Positions 13,641 to 27,051 of a stretch of 64,000 bases of DNA are shown here, piece by piece. Under the pieces are notes generated by a model. The model did not search any database. It was given only the letters and a program-made list of their open reading frames with translations, and had not been told where the DNA came from. Location of the stretch: positions 55,986,001-56,050,000 of the forward strand of contig CM060733.1 of NCBI GenBank assembly GCA_030704615.1. The letters run 5' to 3'. A program made the position numbers and the translations under genes. Source of the DNA: Takakia lepidozioides. Lineage: Eukaryota > Plantae > Bryophyta. The first letter of the stretch is position 1. Each line of letters opens with the position of its first letter.

Positions 13641-14499
13641 GTGTTCCCACATCTCTTCTTCCCCTTCCTCTCTCCTCGCAGCTTTCGTGCAGGAGGAACT
13701 CGGGGTGTTCGATGAGATGGTGTGGGAGCAGCAGGCAGATGGGTGATTTGTTGTCTCTGGAGCAGTGAAGGACGTGTGCAATGGTGGCGCCCTTGATAGT
13801 CAAGTTGATTTTGTTCTCTGTTGCAAAGAAGGTTACGGTGTATCTTGTTGCCAGGGTGAGCTGAATTCTACCCGTGAACTTGCATTGCGAAGTGTGTTAG
13901 GTTGCCATGATCTAGCGCAGAATATGTTGGACTTTTTGAAGATGGCAGAGGTCTGATGGGGGAAGGAAGCGTTGTTAGAAGATGCTGTTGTACCTTCTCT
14001 TTTCGGAAGTATCGAGCATTCATTACACAGACGGGAGAGACGAAATCAATGGATAGAAATAGGACACTGTGAAAAGCAAACTGCTGTATATTGACAACTG
14101 TAGAGAGTAGATTGGAGATGGAATGATTTAGAGAGGACAGGAAATGAAGGAGGGGGAGAGACCATGGAGAGAGGTAGTGGTTTTGCTATTTAAATGCCAG
14201 ATTGAGATGTGGCTGGATTTTAGCAGGATCCGCCCCAGGTCGATGGAAACAGTGTGTGGGTATGGAAACATGTAGGACAATCCATTGTTATGAATCCACG
14301 ACTCTTTGTGCAAATAAAAGTTATGCTGAGCTGCGAAACAAACCATTACTTCGATGCTTGTGAAGGGCTTTGTAGAGGAAATCTGGAAAGCCTGGACCAA
14401 TTTTCTGTACCAAGGTAAAGTCCCACTACTGGAGTGAGTCCCCCACAAGGGTAGTGTGTGTTGTCTGTTCCCTCCTGTTCCGCCCAAACTGGGCGTGGG

Positions 14500-15900
14500 G
14501 TCTATGGCCACAAGGCAGCAAAGCTCTTATGAGTACATTCTTACACAGACACTCAAACACTGTCACTGGCAGTGCAGCCAGAGCCTGGCAGATTGGAGAT
14601 CGGCATTGTGTTCTCTAGCATGATGTCTTCCCCTGCTCCCCTGTCAACACTCAAGTTCCTCCAATCAGTTTTCAATGGCTCTCCACAAGTGCTATGACAG
14701 TATTAGGCTGTGTATTCCATTTCCCAGTGGGTCGAAACCCCCAACAGGTTGCTAACCCACCCTCCCATGCTACAGAGCAACTTGTAATTTTCTTATGGAA
14801 TCTTTGTGCAGTTGTATGGGTTTCCAAGACTTTACCGGCGTGCAGCAAAGATCAATCGCTACCTGAATGGAAACAACCCAAAGAGGAGGCGATTTGTGAC
14901 TAATGGCTTGCAAACCATGTTCCGACTGCCACGATACATTTCCCAAAGGTTTCAACGATGGTGGGGGGTGCCAGAGCCACCTCAGGCACCACCTGGGCAT
15001 CTCTCCTCTTCACAAAGTTCTTCTGGAGGTGCTTCGGCACTACGTAAGGGCCAAGTGCGCCATATCCACACTTCTTCAGGGGCCTCACGATCTTCAGCCA
15101 TTGCACATTGTCAGTTGCCTGCATCAAGGTTGTCTCCTGTCAATTGGTTGATATGCTCTCATTTGTCAGGGTTAAGAAGAGAGAACAGGGGTTCAATGAT
15201 GAGGGAACAAAGTTCCAGAAGCAACTTTTCTGCAAGCTTCCTCCCCTTTTGTGCTCAGGGTTTTCTGACAATTGCTACTGCAACGGGAAAGGGAGATGGG
15301 AAGCAACTACAGATTTGCTTGGTAGATTGTCAATGCCCAGTGCACCATGGGAATTTACTTGTTCACCGGCCAAGTGTTTTTCATGCCTCGTGCAGGAAGA
15401 ATGGCCAACTGGGAGGGGGTTTTGAAGAGGGCACGATAGATCTAAGATGGCCTGGTTGTCATATGATGAGATCAAACTTGAGGGTTTCTAGAGATTCAGA
15501 GCTCTCCACACAGTCAAAACTGTGTAGTGGAGCAGACAATTTGTCTCCATCCAGCTGCTTGCCTATGGAGGCTGGGGGCCTTCAGCTACTTCTGAGATGA
15601 AAATAATCTGCATCTTTTCATCTCAGAAGACCGTTTGCCATTGAGGGTCATTTTAGAGGGTCATTTTAGCAAGCACTGAACAAAGAGTGCTGCTTTGGAA
15701 AACATTGTGTTGAATTAAGTCCAGGTTGAGCTCACTTTCGACAGTGAATACCCAGCTTGGGAGCTCTTACTGTCCTTTGCTGGAGCTTCCATTATGTGGG
15801 GCATTGCTGCCAGACCCACCTTTGTATGTGTAGTCTTAGACAGTTTTATCTGGGGCTTCAGAATCTTTGTTTTCTCAGAAGTTCAAAGTTATTTCCAGCA
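14500..15900 (-). mobile_element. Highly degenerate LINE ORF2 relic (boundaries approximate)
   Basis: Minus-strand peptides NVQWLKIVRPLKKCGYGAL (like the LINE post-RT motif V.W..+..P...GG.G) and SEKTKIL; many stops. Confidence 0.45.
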
Positions 15901-16672
15901 CTCACAAATTGGTTTAGTGACTCGGATATCCTTCAAATGGGTCATGTCTTGATTGTAGGTCTTCAGGCCTCATCCATGTAACTTTTGTTCAGAATAAAAA
16001 GGAAAAAACAGATTTCCATGTAAACATATCCCTGTCAGGTGCTGATCTTGCCAGGAGATGACAAAAATGTGACCGCATAGGTCCAAAATCCGTGACAGCA
16101 GGTTCCTCATGACCAATTGTGTTTAGGGAGAGGGGTGTTGTGCCACTGTTAGCATGACGCTTTGTCATGTGACATGAATGACCAGGAGAGAGACAGTTCA
16201 TTGGAAGATTGCAAGGATGCAAAAAACATGTTGCCAATGAACAGCCAGATGTTCTGATGGAAGCGTGCCATCTTGTAGCCACACCATGTGGGGAGGGATC
16301 ACACTACAGAGCCTTGGTCATGGATGGCAGCCATCTACTAGCAGATGCCTACCGTACTGAAAAGATCTTACTCTGGCGGTCAAGACTACTGTTGGTCTTC
16401 CCATGCCAAGCCATCCTGAACTACATCAGATTGTACTCATAAGACGTTGTTTGCCGTAGCCTTGTGGCTGAACTACATCAGAATAGAACTGACAGCAGCA
16501 ACTCATGTGTACTCACTCAACCACCCACCTTGAGCTGTCCCACTCCCACAGGGGAGAGAAACAGACTGCTGGATCAAATTCCTGTTGGACAAAGCCCAAG
16601 AAGCTTAGAAAGTAAAGCTTGCAATCTATTGAGATTCTTATTCTCTTAACGTACCATGGGGCCTTCATCAGA

Positions 16673-19600
16673 TTAACTTGCAGTGGAGAGTGGACTACAG
16701 AGGTCTTCGGTGATGGCACCAGGGCGCCACTGTGTCCCATCACCCCCATCCATGAGGGCGATTCCAAGAGCTGACAATTCAGCTCTTATCTGGTCAGAGC
16801 GGGCATAGTCTTGAGATACTCTGGCAGCTGCTCTCTCTTGCAATCGGGCTACGAGATCCTCTGGTGTCATTCCTGCTCTCTTCAATGTTTTCTCCTTGAT
16901 CTCATCCAAGACCTACACAAGAACAACAATTATTCAGAACCATGTCTTCACATATATTGTGAAGATGTGTACTGTGTTCTGAACATGAGTGTCCCACACA
17001 TGACAGATAGTTGGAAAATGCGAAATAAAGTTTACTCATCAAAGAAACTGGAAGAGCAGAAAATGAAAAAGGTAACAGTCTGTAGATGAGCAAAACCATC
17101 TCCATTGACTTCAACATGACCCTCACCACGTCCCATGTCAAGAAAGTGAGTCAGCTTAGCTGATTGAGAAAACTCAGGCAGAAAGAACAGCTGTTGCCGT
17201 ATACCTGTGCATAGCTGGGGATCCAGAGGCCCAAAATATTCAAAATTCCTTGTACTTCAGTCTTCAATATTTGGAGAGACCCCAGCCGTGTCTTATCTTT
17301 GCGGCCCTATAAATTGAAAAATAAATATCTGAAGGTTAATACATGCAAAGAATTTGCAATACCCCCCCTTAAAGCCATTTTCTGGTCTGGTATTACAGCC
17401 GAGCGTAAACGAGTTACACACATACAAAATGAAACACCGCCATTGAATTCATCAAGCTATTGGTTACTACATGAGTCTCGATCTGCAAACCAACCATTAG
17501 ACAAAATAGCTCTTGATGCATAGATGCAAACATTAGATTTGTCGAACCAGGTGACAGCAAAAAAGGATGAGCCAACCTTGCGGGTATGCATCAAATCATT
17601 CATCACTTTGAAGGGCTCTGAAAGTGCTGCTACTGCAATAGGTGTGTGCAAATCATCTGCCATGGACGAACAGAAGGCTGCCTTCAAGCTCTTCACACAC
17701 TCCATTGTTTCTTTGGATGCTACCTCCTTGGGGTTTTCTTGTTCGCTGAGTACCTGATCACAGTCTGCAAGTGCCTGTCCAACCATTTCCATGGATAATG
17801 TGACTTAGGTCTTATAAATCACATGAGACAGGTTTACAAGAGAGGAACTCAATCAGGAATTGCTTGAGAATCCTTAAGCAATTCATCCAAGGGAAATACC
17901 GATTGGTATGCAAAGATCTAGTTGTTACTTGCACAGCAGCAGCCCGTAGAATAACCATAATATCACCCAAAAAGAAGGATTGCCACCACTGTATGTGACA
18001 TGTAACAGTCCCTGATGGCAAGAAGAATGAAAATTCAACCCGCAAAAGATACTGCAATAGTTGGACTCCTGGCAACTGCTCTTAATCACTTGATGTCTTT
18101 TAGGCCTCAAGAAGCAGGAGAGATACGTTGTCATACTTGACAAAAGTAGAAAAGACGGTCAGATGCTTGCTCCAGCTGCCGCTTAGAGTAGTTGATGGGT
18201 GATCGATATTGTGTGCCAAGCAAAAACAATCGCAGCGCCAGTGGATGATATACTTGCAACACCTTTGCCAATCACACCATTCAAATAGTTAGCTTCACCT
18301 TCAGGACTCCAAACCCCAAATTGCAACCTGAATATCTCTGATTGGCGCTTCCATCCAATTGGTTGGCCACTGCAGTAAGTACCTCCAGACTGTATAGTGT
18401 TGGACCTGGAAGTTCACACAGATAGCCACATGACCACAAGTTCCATGTAGCAGCCCAAAATTGGCTGTAAGCATTTGGGTGTATGTGAATGACAACCTTG
18501 TTGAAAGTTCCAGAGAGCCATGCCTCTTTGAGGTATGCCTAGAGTTTGAATACCCGACTAGACTGACGTTTCTTTAAATCAGAGGACAGAGAAACACCCT
18601 TAAAATTTCAAAGTATCTCTACCTTAATGAGATATCAGCTCAGTGTTGGCATCACTGGATAAACTGCCAAGTGAAAAATGGCCAGATTGCAGCTCTAGGA
18701 CTTGAGCTGAAATTTACCTCACGTATGGTGAAGAAGTTGCCAAGGGATTTGGACATCTTTTCGGCATCCACTGTGACAAACCCATTGTGCAACCAGTAGC
18801 CGACTTGGCTTTCTGCACAAGCTGCACAGCTTTGTGCAATCTCATTCTCATGGTGGGGGAAGATGAGATCCATGCCGCCCCCGTGAATATCAAATGCATG
18901 CCCCAAATGCTCTGCACTCATCGCACTACACTCAATGTGCCAGCCTGGCCGTCCTGGCCCCCAAGGGCTATCCCAGGAAGGCTCCCCTGGTTTTGCACTC
19001 TGGCACCTCCACCAGCCAGCCCACATGCATTAGCAACAACAACTGCTACAAATGAAACGATTTGAATGGAGATATGTGACTGAGCTCCGTACACACGCTA
19101 AATGTTTCTACACATGAAATTGACTACTGTTCAAACACCCTTTGGCCTGGGTTTCTTCTTAAGTCAGTGCTTGCATGCAGGAAGTCTGTCTCACCACCTG
19201 CAAGGGTGCTGACCTTCCAAAGAGCAAAGTCGGCAGGGTTATGTTTGCGGGTGTCCACAGCTACTCGCTCACCAGCCCGATTCTCGTCCAGCTTTCGCCC
19301 TGACAGGCTGCCATAACCAGGAAAGCTCTCCACTGAAAAGTAGACATCTCCTCCCTCCATCACATAACCATGGCCATTCTTTATAATCTGCAATTTGCCC
19401 GTATCTCTGACCCAATCAATGTGACTACTTGTCTCTATTTGCATAAACTACAGCATCTCTGCAAACAGAGACACGTGCAATTTTTAAATTCTGCCCCCAG
19501 TCAATCTCAGATTTGCAGAAAGCCAACAAATGGAAAGTTGGAATAGACACACTGTAAAGTGAAATGAGCACCTGCAAGATCATCTTGATGATTTGAGGCA

Positions 19601-20953
19601 CGTGGTCTGTCACGCGAGGCTCCACCGAGGGGAGCAGGCACTGCAAGGATGCCATGTCCACATGGAACTCCTCACAAAACCGCCGACTTAGCTCCACTGG
19701 ATCTTCACCCAGTTCTTTTGCTCTTGTAATTATCTGCAATGCTTTGCCATACATTGGCAACTGAAATTTTTATTGCATATGGACAGTACCAACATTCCAG
19801 ATTGGATAAGATGTTTAACTAGACACAACATGTACAGTTGGTGCCATGCTTCAAATTCCTCTTAATTGAATCTGGAAGCCCATGCCCCATCTAAATTGAG
19901 TATACAGCACATGGTCCAAAGAGTAACTTGAATTGGTGCATTTCAGATGATAACGACTTATTGGAGTCCCTGGAAAATTACCTTGTCGTCCACATCAGTG
20001 AAATTGCGGACATAATTAACTTCATACCCCAAATACTTCAAGTACCTGCAACCACAAAAAATGTAAAGTTCCTGTTAAACCCAGAGGCGAGAGACATGCA
20101 CACAAAGACCCAGGCGGAGTGAGATAGACCCCGTACACAGCCAGCCAGTGCAAAAAGCACAAGTTGAACAAAGAAGAGAAACTTACCGGAACAGAACGTC
20201 AAAGGCAACGTACACCCGAGCATGCCCTATATGGCTGTAGTCATAAGCCGTCACTCCGCACACATACATGCTAACTTTGCCAGCGGTTTTAGGTCGGAAG
20301 ATCTCCTTCTGCTTGCTCATTGTGTTGTAAAATTGAAGCTCTGGTTGCTGTCCATATGCTGCCTCCTTCCTTGCATCTTCTCCCTCCTTGTCCTTTTCAA
20401 TTTCAACACTTACACCTGTCGTAGCCCTTCTCTTACTACTTGGAACGATATTTGGATTGGAAACGCAGAAACCGGCATGGTAATTTGATGTCTCCACGGT
20501 TCCACGAGACATCAACTCTCCCATCTTCCTCCCCGGGAATTGTGAATCACCTGGGCTTCTAGTATTGTATTGTCTAGAGGGGCAGGCAACTGCATTGTTT
20601 GGAACAGACGGAAGCAAATATTTTTTATGCGATACTGGATTACTTGAAGAGTACCTTGACACGCCCCTCGTTCTCTCTAGGATGTTTTTGATTGGCAATC
20701 CTTTTCCTACCGAAGCTACACAGTCCACGGTTCCAAATGGCATCCTACAATGTGACCAATGTTGAAGAAACCAAGCTCTTGCACAATCAGACGTCACTGT
20801 GCTTCTAGGGCTCCTACTCGAAAGCTGATAATTCTTCTTTGAACCACTCAACATACCACCCGATTTGCTTTCCCATTTCCCCTGGGCCCCTGCTGTCAGC
20901 AACCTCTTCTGTCCAATGCCAGATCCCATCAGAGTTAAACTCACGCTCTCCAT
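16673..20953 (-). CDS. CysRS: Cysteinyl-tRNA synthetase, 9 exons: 20953(or 21094)-20187, 20045-19982, 19733-19572, 19387-19214, 18999-18718, 18262-18137, 17774-17577, 17306-17205, 16912-16673
   Basis: Class I motifs [64 protein letters not shown] and KMSKSLGN; GT-AG introns join in frame. Start codon uncertain. Confidence 0.95.
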
Positions 20954-21639
20954 AATCCTTCTACAACCATGCGTCGCCGCAGACAAAAAATATCCCTCTC
21001 CACTTTCCAAAGGTTTCACCAACCGATCACAGGATCCAAGCGCTTTCAGATACTTCCTTGCATGCCCGGATGAGTAGACAACCCACCTCACCATTCTTCC
21101 ATCTCCTCACAACCCACAAATTTTCCCGTGAGATCTTCTGTCCTCCTGCTCGCATTCCAGATCCTTTCGAGCACTGCGCCACTACACTCTCTTTGCACTG
21201 CGATAGCCCCGCCCAAAGCACCACACACTGTTCGGGGCCACACGCGCAGCATGGATGAACACTTTGTACAGGCATTTCCAACGACTTTCATCCTGCTTCT
21301 GAGTCCACTCAACCACACTGACTACTTCTTCTTTTTTTCCTCTTGTTTTTTGGACTCAATCCCTCATAAGTGACTCATGTGAAGCAACAGTAAGCAAGAG
21401 AAAAACAAATGAAAATTGAGAGGGCATAATGCCTTTGTGGAATTCAGGGTAAATTCCTCTCGTGGGGGTTCGCACTCTTCTCCACTCTGCATCTAGTAAG
21501 GTGGTTGTCAATGGATCAATTTCCGTTGCATTTCCTCTATTCCTACTCATCTGCTTCATCAAAATCAAAACGTTGTGGGGTTCAAAATTCCTAAGTACCC
21601 TGTCCCTGATTACAGTATCAAAACTTCTCTCTATGCTTA

Positions 21640-24090
21640 TGACTCTCTGGATAACAACTCATGAGCTCCTTCTAAACTACCTCGGGACTCAAAGTCAACT
21701 GGAATAAATCCATGGGTCTTCTTGCTCGGCTTAAAAATCATTCGGTGGCTTCAAACTATCCATGTTGGGGGGAAGATCTAGGCCTGCGTAGGTTGAAAGA
21801 CGGTCAATCTCACAAACTGCTCGGATACCTTATTGGCCATGACCTGAATGATACCCAAAGGGCGCTGAGTCCATTATTTCCAATCTCAAGAAAAAGCTTG
21901 CATATTGGAAGTCCACTCAGATTTCGATTGCAGAAAAAGCACTCATTGTTAACCAAGTATTGTTGGCATCCTGGTGGTTTTCCTCATCTGTTTGGTCCCC
22001 TTGGGTTGCAATCATTAAGCAAATCAAGGCTCTGGTACGTAACTTCATTTGGGGGGCTTCAAGTTCCAGATCTGTTCGCAGGGCTTTAGTTAGCTGGCCC
22101 ATCAGATTGCTCAAAGCAAAATTAACGATGGCCTTGGAATCATTGACCCCCAGTTTCCAACCTATGCTCTTCTAGCACAATGGGTCCCCAGAGTTTTCAA
22201 GCATCCTACGTCCTCTTGGAGTCTGCTGGTAACTTGACAGCATTTGATCAATGGTTCCCCTTCCCTTTTTTTTTGGCCACCTTCTCTTCATTCAAGGTGA
22301 TCTTTCTAACTCCAAGGCTTTGGTTGGTTCCAAAGCCTAGCAATCCATCTAGCTTTCTTGGACTACTATACGCCCACTTCTCATTCAAAGGATTCATTTA
22401 TGCTCCGAAGAAGCCCTGAGACAACCTCTTTTTGGCAATTACAATAGAGACTCGGAGCACTTGATTAAATGTTCCCCACACTGGGCACATTGGGAGGCTG
22501 CTGGAATTTCCCACTTCTCTCACATTGGGAAAATGGTGCCCTGCTGCCTGTGACAGCAACTGTCAGTTCTCTCTCTGAACGAAGGGCTAGAGCGGGTTGG
22601 GACATTGTTACTTATGATCTGCCCCTTTCTAGATTTCTCTCAATTCGTACCCTTCCAACTTGCACTCTTTTCATGTTTGGTTAGGTATGGATATACCTCA
22701 GCCCAAAATTGCCTTCTTCACAACCAATCGCCTTGGCAATTTGCTACAAGGCTGGTCCGCCTTCAAATTAGCATACACGAATGGGTTGTTGTACTCTCCA
22801 TCTTTCACTTTTCTTTCTGAAGCCCCGTTTTAGCTGTCTTATTATTGGCAAGGTTAACCCTATCGTCCAAGAAGGGATACAATTCAATTCAGGTCTTATG
22901 TGGTTTTTGAGGGTTCCCTTCTACAGTTTGATCCTGGTGAGTGGAGGTGGACAAACTCAAAGCGATCCCTTTTTTTTGCTTACAATGTTAAAATGGGTTA
23001 TTCCTTACTCAAGTCGCCGCTTTCTTTGGATCAGAAATGGACCTCTAAATGGTCTCATCTTCCTGATTGTCCAACCTTCTGGAAAATTATATGGAAAGAC
23101 GTATGGGGGAAACATTAACGTGCAACCAAGATCAGTGGATTCCACTGGAAATTGACCATTCAAATTACGCATGTGTTTCACTTCCCCCTTCAGTCTGCAT
23201 TTCGTGTCCTCAACAAATGCATGAGACCTTAGAGCAGTGCTATTTTCTGTCGGATTGGTCAAAGGATTTGGAGAATGATCATCTCTTTTTATTCTTGCTG
23301 GAAAGCCCTCCCTTCAATTCTTCCCTTTGTTATCCTTTTGAATTACACAAATGGAGCTCTTTGGTCTATTTGCCCAGTATGGGCTACTCTTAGAGCTCAC
23401 GCGCTTTGGAATATATGGAAAGCTAGATGTGCCTTGGTTTTTTATAACAAAATGATGTGTGAAGTCCATTTTGCATAAGACTCATTCGGACATTCTGTCT
23501 GAGGCTCGTAAGGCTTGGGAGGCTTTTGCTGGAAGTTATTTGCAGATGTGGCCAACGACGACGACATGTACTTCTCTAGGAATTTGAAAATACTTGGGGA
23601 AAGGGGCTCGAATTTGTGCCAGAATTCGACGGATTGATGATATCCCGGCAAGCTGGCAGTTCCTATAGTGCTAAGCGCTCTCCTGTAGAGGGGGAGGATC
23701 TGATTCAGGAGGTTAACTGGAGGCGCCGTAGGATATATAGAAGGGGAAAATCCAAGGCCCAATTGTCCTTTGAACCTCTTAATAGGAAACGAGATCTAGG
23801 ATGTAGGTTTCCCTTGCATCATTGTCTTACCTTTCTACCCTGTTGTGCTTCTTTTATAGGCAGACTTTGTCTTCGCTTTTATGCTCTGTTCGGTTCTGCT
23901 TCTGAGAATAGGCAGACTCATTGTCTCCCATCTCTATGAGTGCCATGTTTGGTTACGAAGCAGGGCCTTCCTTTATCGACACTTTTAAGAGGTTATTTTT
24001 TCCTCTCTGTAATTCTTGGATATTTGTGTCCAGTATCCATAAAGTCCTGAGGCTACTATTCCTCTTTTTTAAAAGAAAATAAAGAAAAAA
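21640..24090 (+). mobile_element. 5'-truncated L1-type LINE relic (RT C-terminus, zf-RVT) with A-rich tail
   Basis: IIKQIKALVRNFIWG...ALVSW, FWKIIWKDVW, CP...ETLEQCYF and LRAHALWNIWKARCALVF in shifting frames; A-rich end at about 24070-24095. Confidence 0.8.
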
Positions 24091-24949
24091 TAAACATATG
24101 AGCAACGAATTAAGGCAGGAAACGCTTAATTCGCCGGAGTTGTTCAAAATTCAAGTGAGCTTTTGCTTTAAAATTATGGTTCTTCTTGCGCTTCCAGTTG
24201 ATGCCATACACATCGGGATCCATGTGGGAAAGGCCCAGGGACAATGGATTCCCCAGGTGAGGCCTCCAAGGGCCTTTGAATCGTCAAAGGACTTGCGAAG
24301 GGCGTTTAGTTTGTCCTTAGAACCTCTACATATTGCATCCATCAACAACACCCACAACTTTTTCCCTTCAATGATTAAATCACAATAGATTTTAGGCCTT
24401 TGTGGCATGAACTGATTTTCAAAGACTTGGCCTTGTAAAGATGTCACAGCCCCAATCCCTACAAAAAGTTCAAGAGAGGGGAGGAACGCCAAAGTGCACC
24501 TCCTATGGAATTAAAAAGAAGCAATGAAGGATCAGTTAAGTCATAGGGATAGTATTTTCAATATTGTATGGTTGTTGTGCATTTGTTGAAAAAAAATCAC
24601 GATGCATATGCAGATGGCGATCACGACAAAGAAATGGAGGAACATAAGGTTTTGTATATAAAATATTGAAGGGGCCGAAACAACAGTACGAAATTGTACT
24701 ATATACAATAGAAAAACAGATGGATGCTCATTCTAAAATGCTTCGTGCAACTAGCGATTCTTGCTCTGAACAGGTATGTACTGGACCACGTTCATGTTTA
24801 TGCTCATCGCTAACCTCCTGAAAATTGCTCGAAGAAGAAAGCACAATAATGGGTGGATGTCCAGGAACATGATGAGCATCATAATCTTCCACAATTCATA
24901 TTATATATGTGTACATGTACTCCTGTAAACAAGTAGAATCTAGATGGTG

Positions 24950-26440
24950 TAGAAACATCGTAGAAGATCCGCGCCACATCAACCAGCTGCAACTCGTTAG
25001 ATTTGATCATGCATTTCCAAATTGCATCAGACCTCTGCAAATCCATACCGATGTTATGAAATGGATCAACAACCCACCCTATAACTGGGTAAAATTGTCC
25101 AGATCTTAAAATGTATAGCAACACCTTTGGCAACGTAGAAGACACGTAAGTGTGCATCTTGTATTCAGACCATATTTGAGTTTGCTGTACAATATTTTGA
25201 GGGGTGAGTTATACCGGTTTTTTGTTACAGATGTGCCATACATAATGTGTTGTTCCATAATTTTCATGCTGTACCCAACCATTCTAATATATGTATGTAG
25301 GCTTCTGATCTCTCTCAGCAACTTGCAATGCACGACATGACCAGGTGGCGTTGTTCTCGGGTCATCCTATCATAGGTATTTTTTAATTAATTTGTTAAGC
25401 ATCACCAAGCTAAACAGACACATTGCATACCATTTCACTACAACAGATCGCGGTATTTATGACTGTATATATGACTATTTTGCAGTCATAAATGATACAT
25501 ATGACTTCTATGACTGTAAGTCGTGCAAACCAAGTGAATACAATGAGTACATGATGATACGGTCCGGATGACTACAGTCAGATGAACCAAGTGATATCTC
25601 TCACTGCAGTCATATATACCATACTGCATTCGCCGCTGCAGCGCCACGTGGCGAGGCGCAATTGATTTATAAAATAAAATAAAATAAAAAATAAATATAA
25701 TTTTCAAAAAAATTAAAAAAAAATGTCATGTCGTGTCGCTCTGCGTTGTGCCACGTGGCATAATGTATTTTATGATAATTGAAAAACCACATGACAACCC
25801 ATCTAGGGTGCTAGCCCTAGCTCACCTACTAACTCTAGGGCCATCTTATCCATTTGATTATACTTTGAGAAGTTTGAACCTGCAACCTCTTTGCTATAAG
25901 AGTTATAGTTCACTGTCTGCCAACCAATACACCCAGTAGTCATTCATGTGATCATATGGTGTTTTAATTGTATTATACACGCCAAATGACAAAATCCCCA
26001 GTAGTCATCATGACTATGTAACCTCATCCATGTACATTGTAGTCATGGAAATGACTATGAGTGGTGAGCTAAATCTGGTCAATTGTCGTTGACCAGTCGT
26101 CTGCCCATTCCGGAGCCATGTAGTCATATAGATGACTACTTAGATAGTCGTTCATAGGACTACAGTCGTATGAACGACTGCGGGAGGTCAATTTCATATA
26201 AAAACATCGTGCAGTCATGGTCAAAGTCAAGAAAATCATGACTACCACGGTTTGGCAGTCATAACTACCGTAATATGTTGTAGTGTTTGGAAGTGTAGAT
26301 AGAAGACCGATCCACCTCTTTCCAAAAAGCAGAGCCCACTCTCGCAAAACTGACGAATGAATACTTCCAATTTTTGCAAACAAGCACAGTAGATATGATT
26401 TGCTCTCCTAACAGCAATTGTGACACTAGCTTAAATGAAC
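24950..26440 (-). pseudogene. F-box/LRR pseudogene interrupted by a CACTA element
   Basis: Right of the insertion LLLGEQIISTVLVCKNW...FWKEVD resembles an F-box C-half. Left of it are LRR-like scraps DAHLRVFYVAK, GLMQFGNA*SNL and ELQLVDV, with stops and shifts. Confidence 0.5.
25436..26285. mobile_element. Non-autonomous CACTA (En/Spm) element, 850 bp
   Basis: Left end CACTACAACAGATCGCGGTATTTATGACTG; right end reverse complement CACTACAACATATTACGGTAGTTATGACTG (30-bp TIR, 4 mismatches). 3-bp TSD TTT/TTT. Many ATGACTA/TAGTCAT subterminal repeats. Confidence 0.95.
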
Positions 26441-27051
26441 TTCTTCTCTTCTCTGTATCGCTACTTTGTCCTGTATCCTTCATCCCTCTCATCGTTTTAA
26501 ACATTTATGCATTAAAGCATCCAAAGTCGGTGACCTTTGGTCAATGGCTTTTAGACAATGATAGAAGCGTGGATAGACGTCCAACTATTATCGATATCTT
26601 CCATCGCTCTAGTACACTGTCTTCGTCCATCCCTATTGGTCCATCTCACTATCTCCATTTGGTTGATATTCAGAGCCCTACGCACCAATGTTGAGTATTT
26701 ATTCAACAAGTTTCCAGTATGAGTAAAAGGTCTAAAAGCAAGACTGGATGGAGAAAACAAAATTTGAACAAGAAACCGGACACTACTCCACCAGTGTCAT
26801 GCGTTGTTAAAACAAATACATTCAATTTTAAAGGGGTTTACAAATACAAATTATATGTGACCACAACGACGTCAATGGAAGAGTTATTAAACCCTTGAAA
26901 TCTCTAAAAAGAATTTTGACCTCCCTAATTTGTTTGTTTGGAAGTCTTCAGCCTTATAGTTCTAAGGTGTGAACGCCTAGGATAGGTGTTTATGTGTTTA
27001 TATACTTTCATACATATCTAGGATAACAATTAAGTTATAATGTACACGAAA

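Noticed and set aside
13690-13956. PPR-like peptide VFDEM...GALD downstream of the tRNA
   Set aside because: Too short and degenerate to support by eye.
14806-15600. 264-aa plus-strand ORF
   Set aside because: No recognisable domain or splice context; it lies antisense to LINE-like motifs and is probably a shadow ORF.
15589-15629. Perfect 15-bp inverted repeat
   Set aside because: Isolated, too short for a pre-miRNA, and inside a TE relic.
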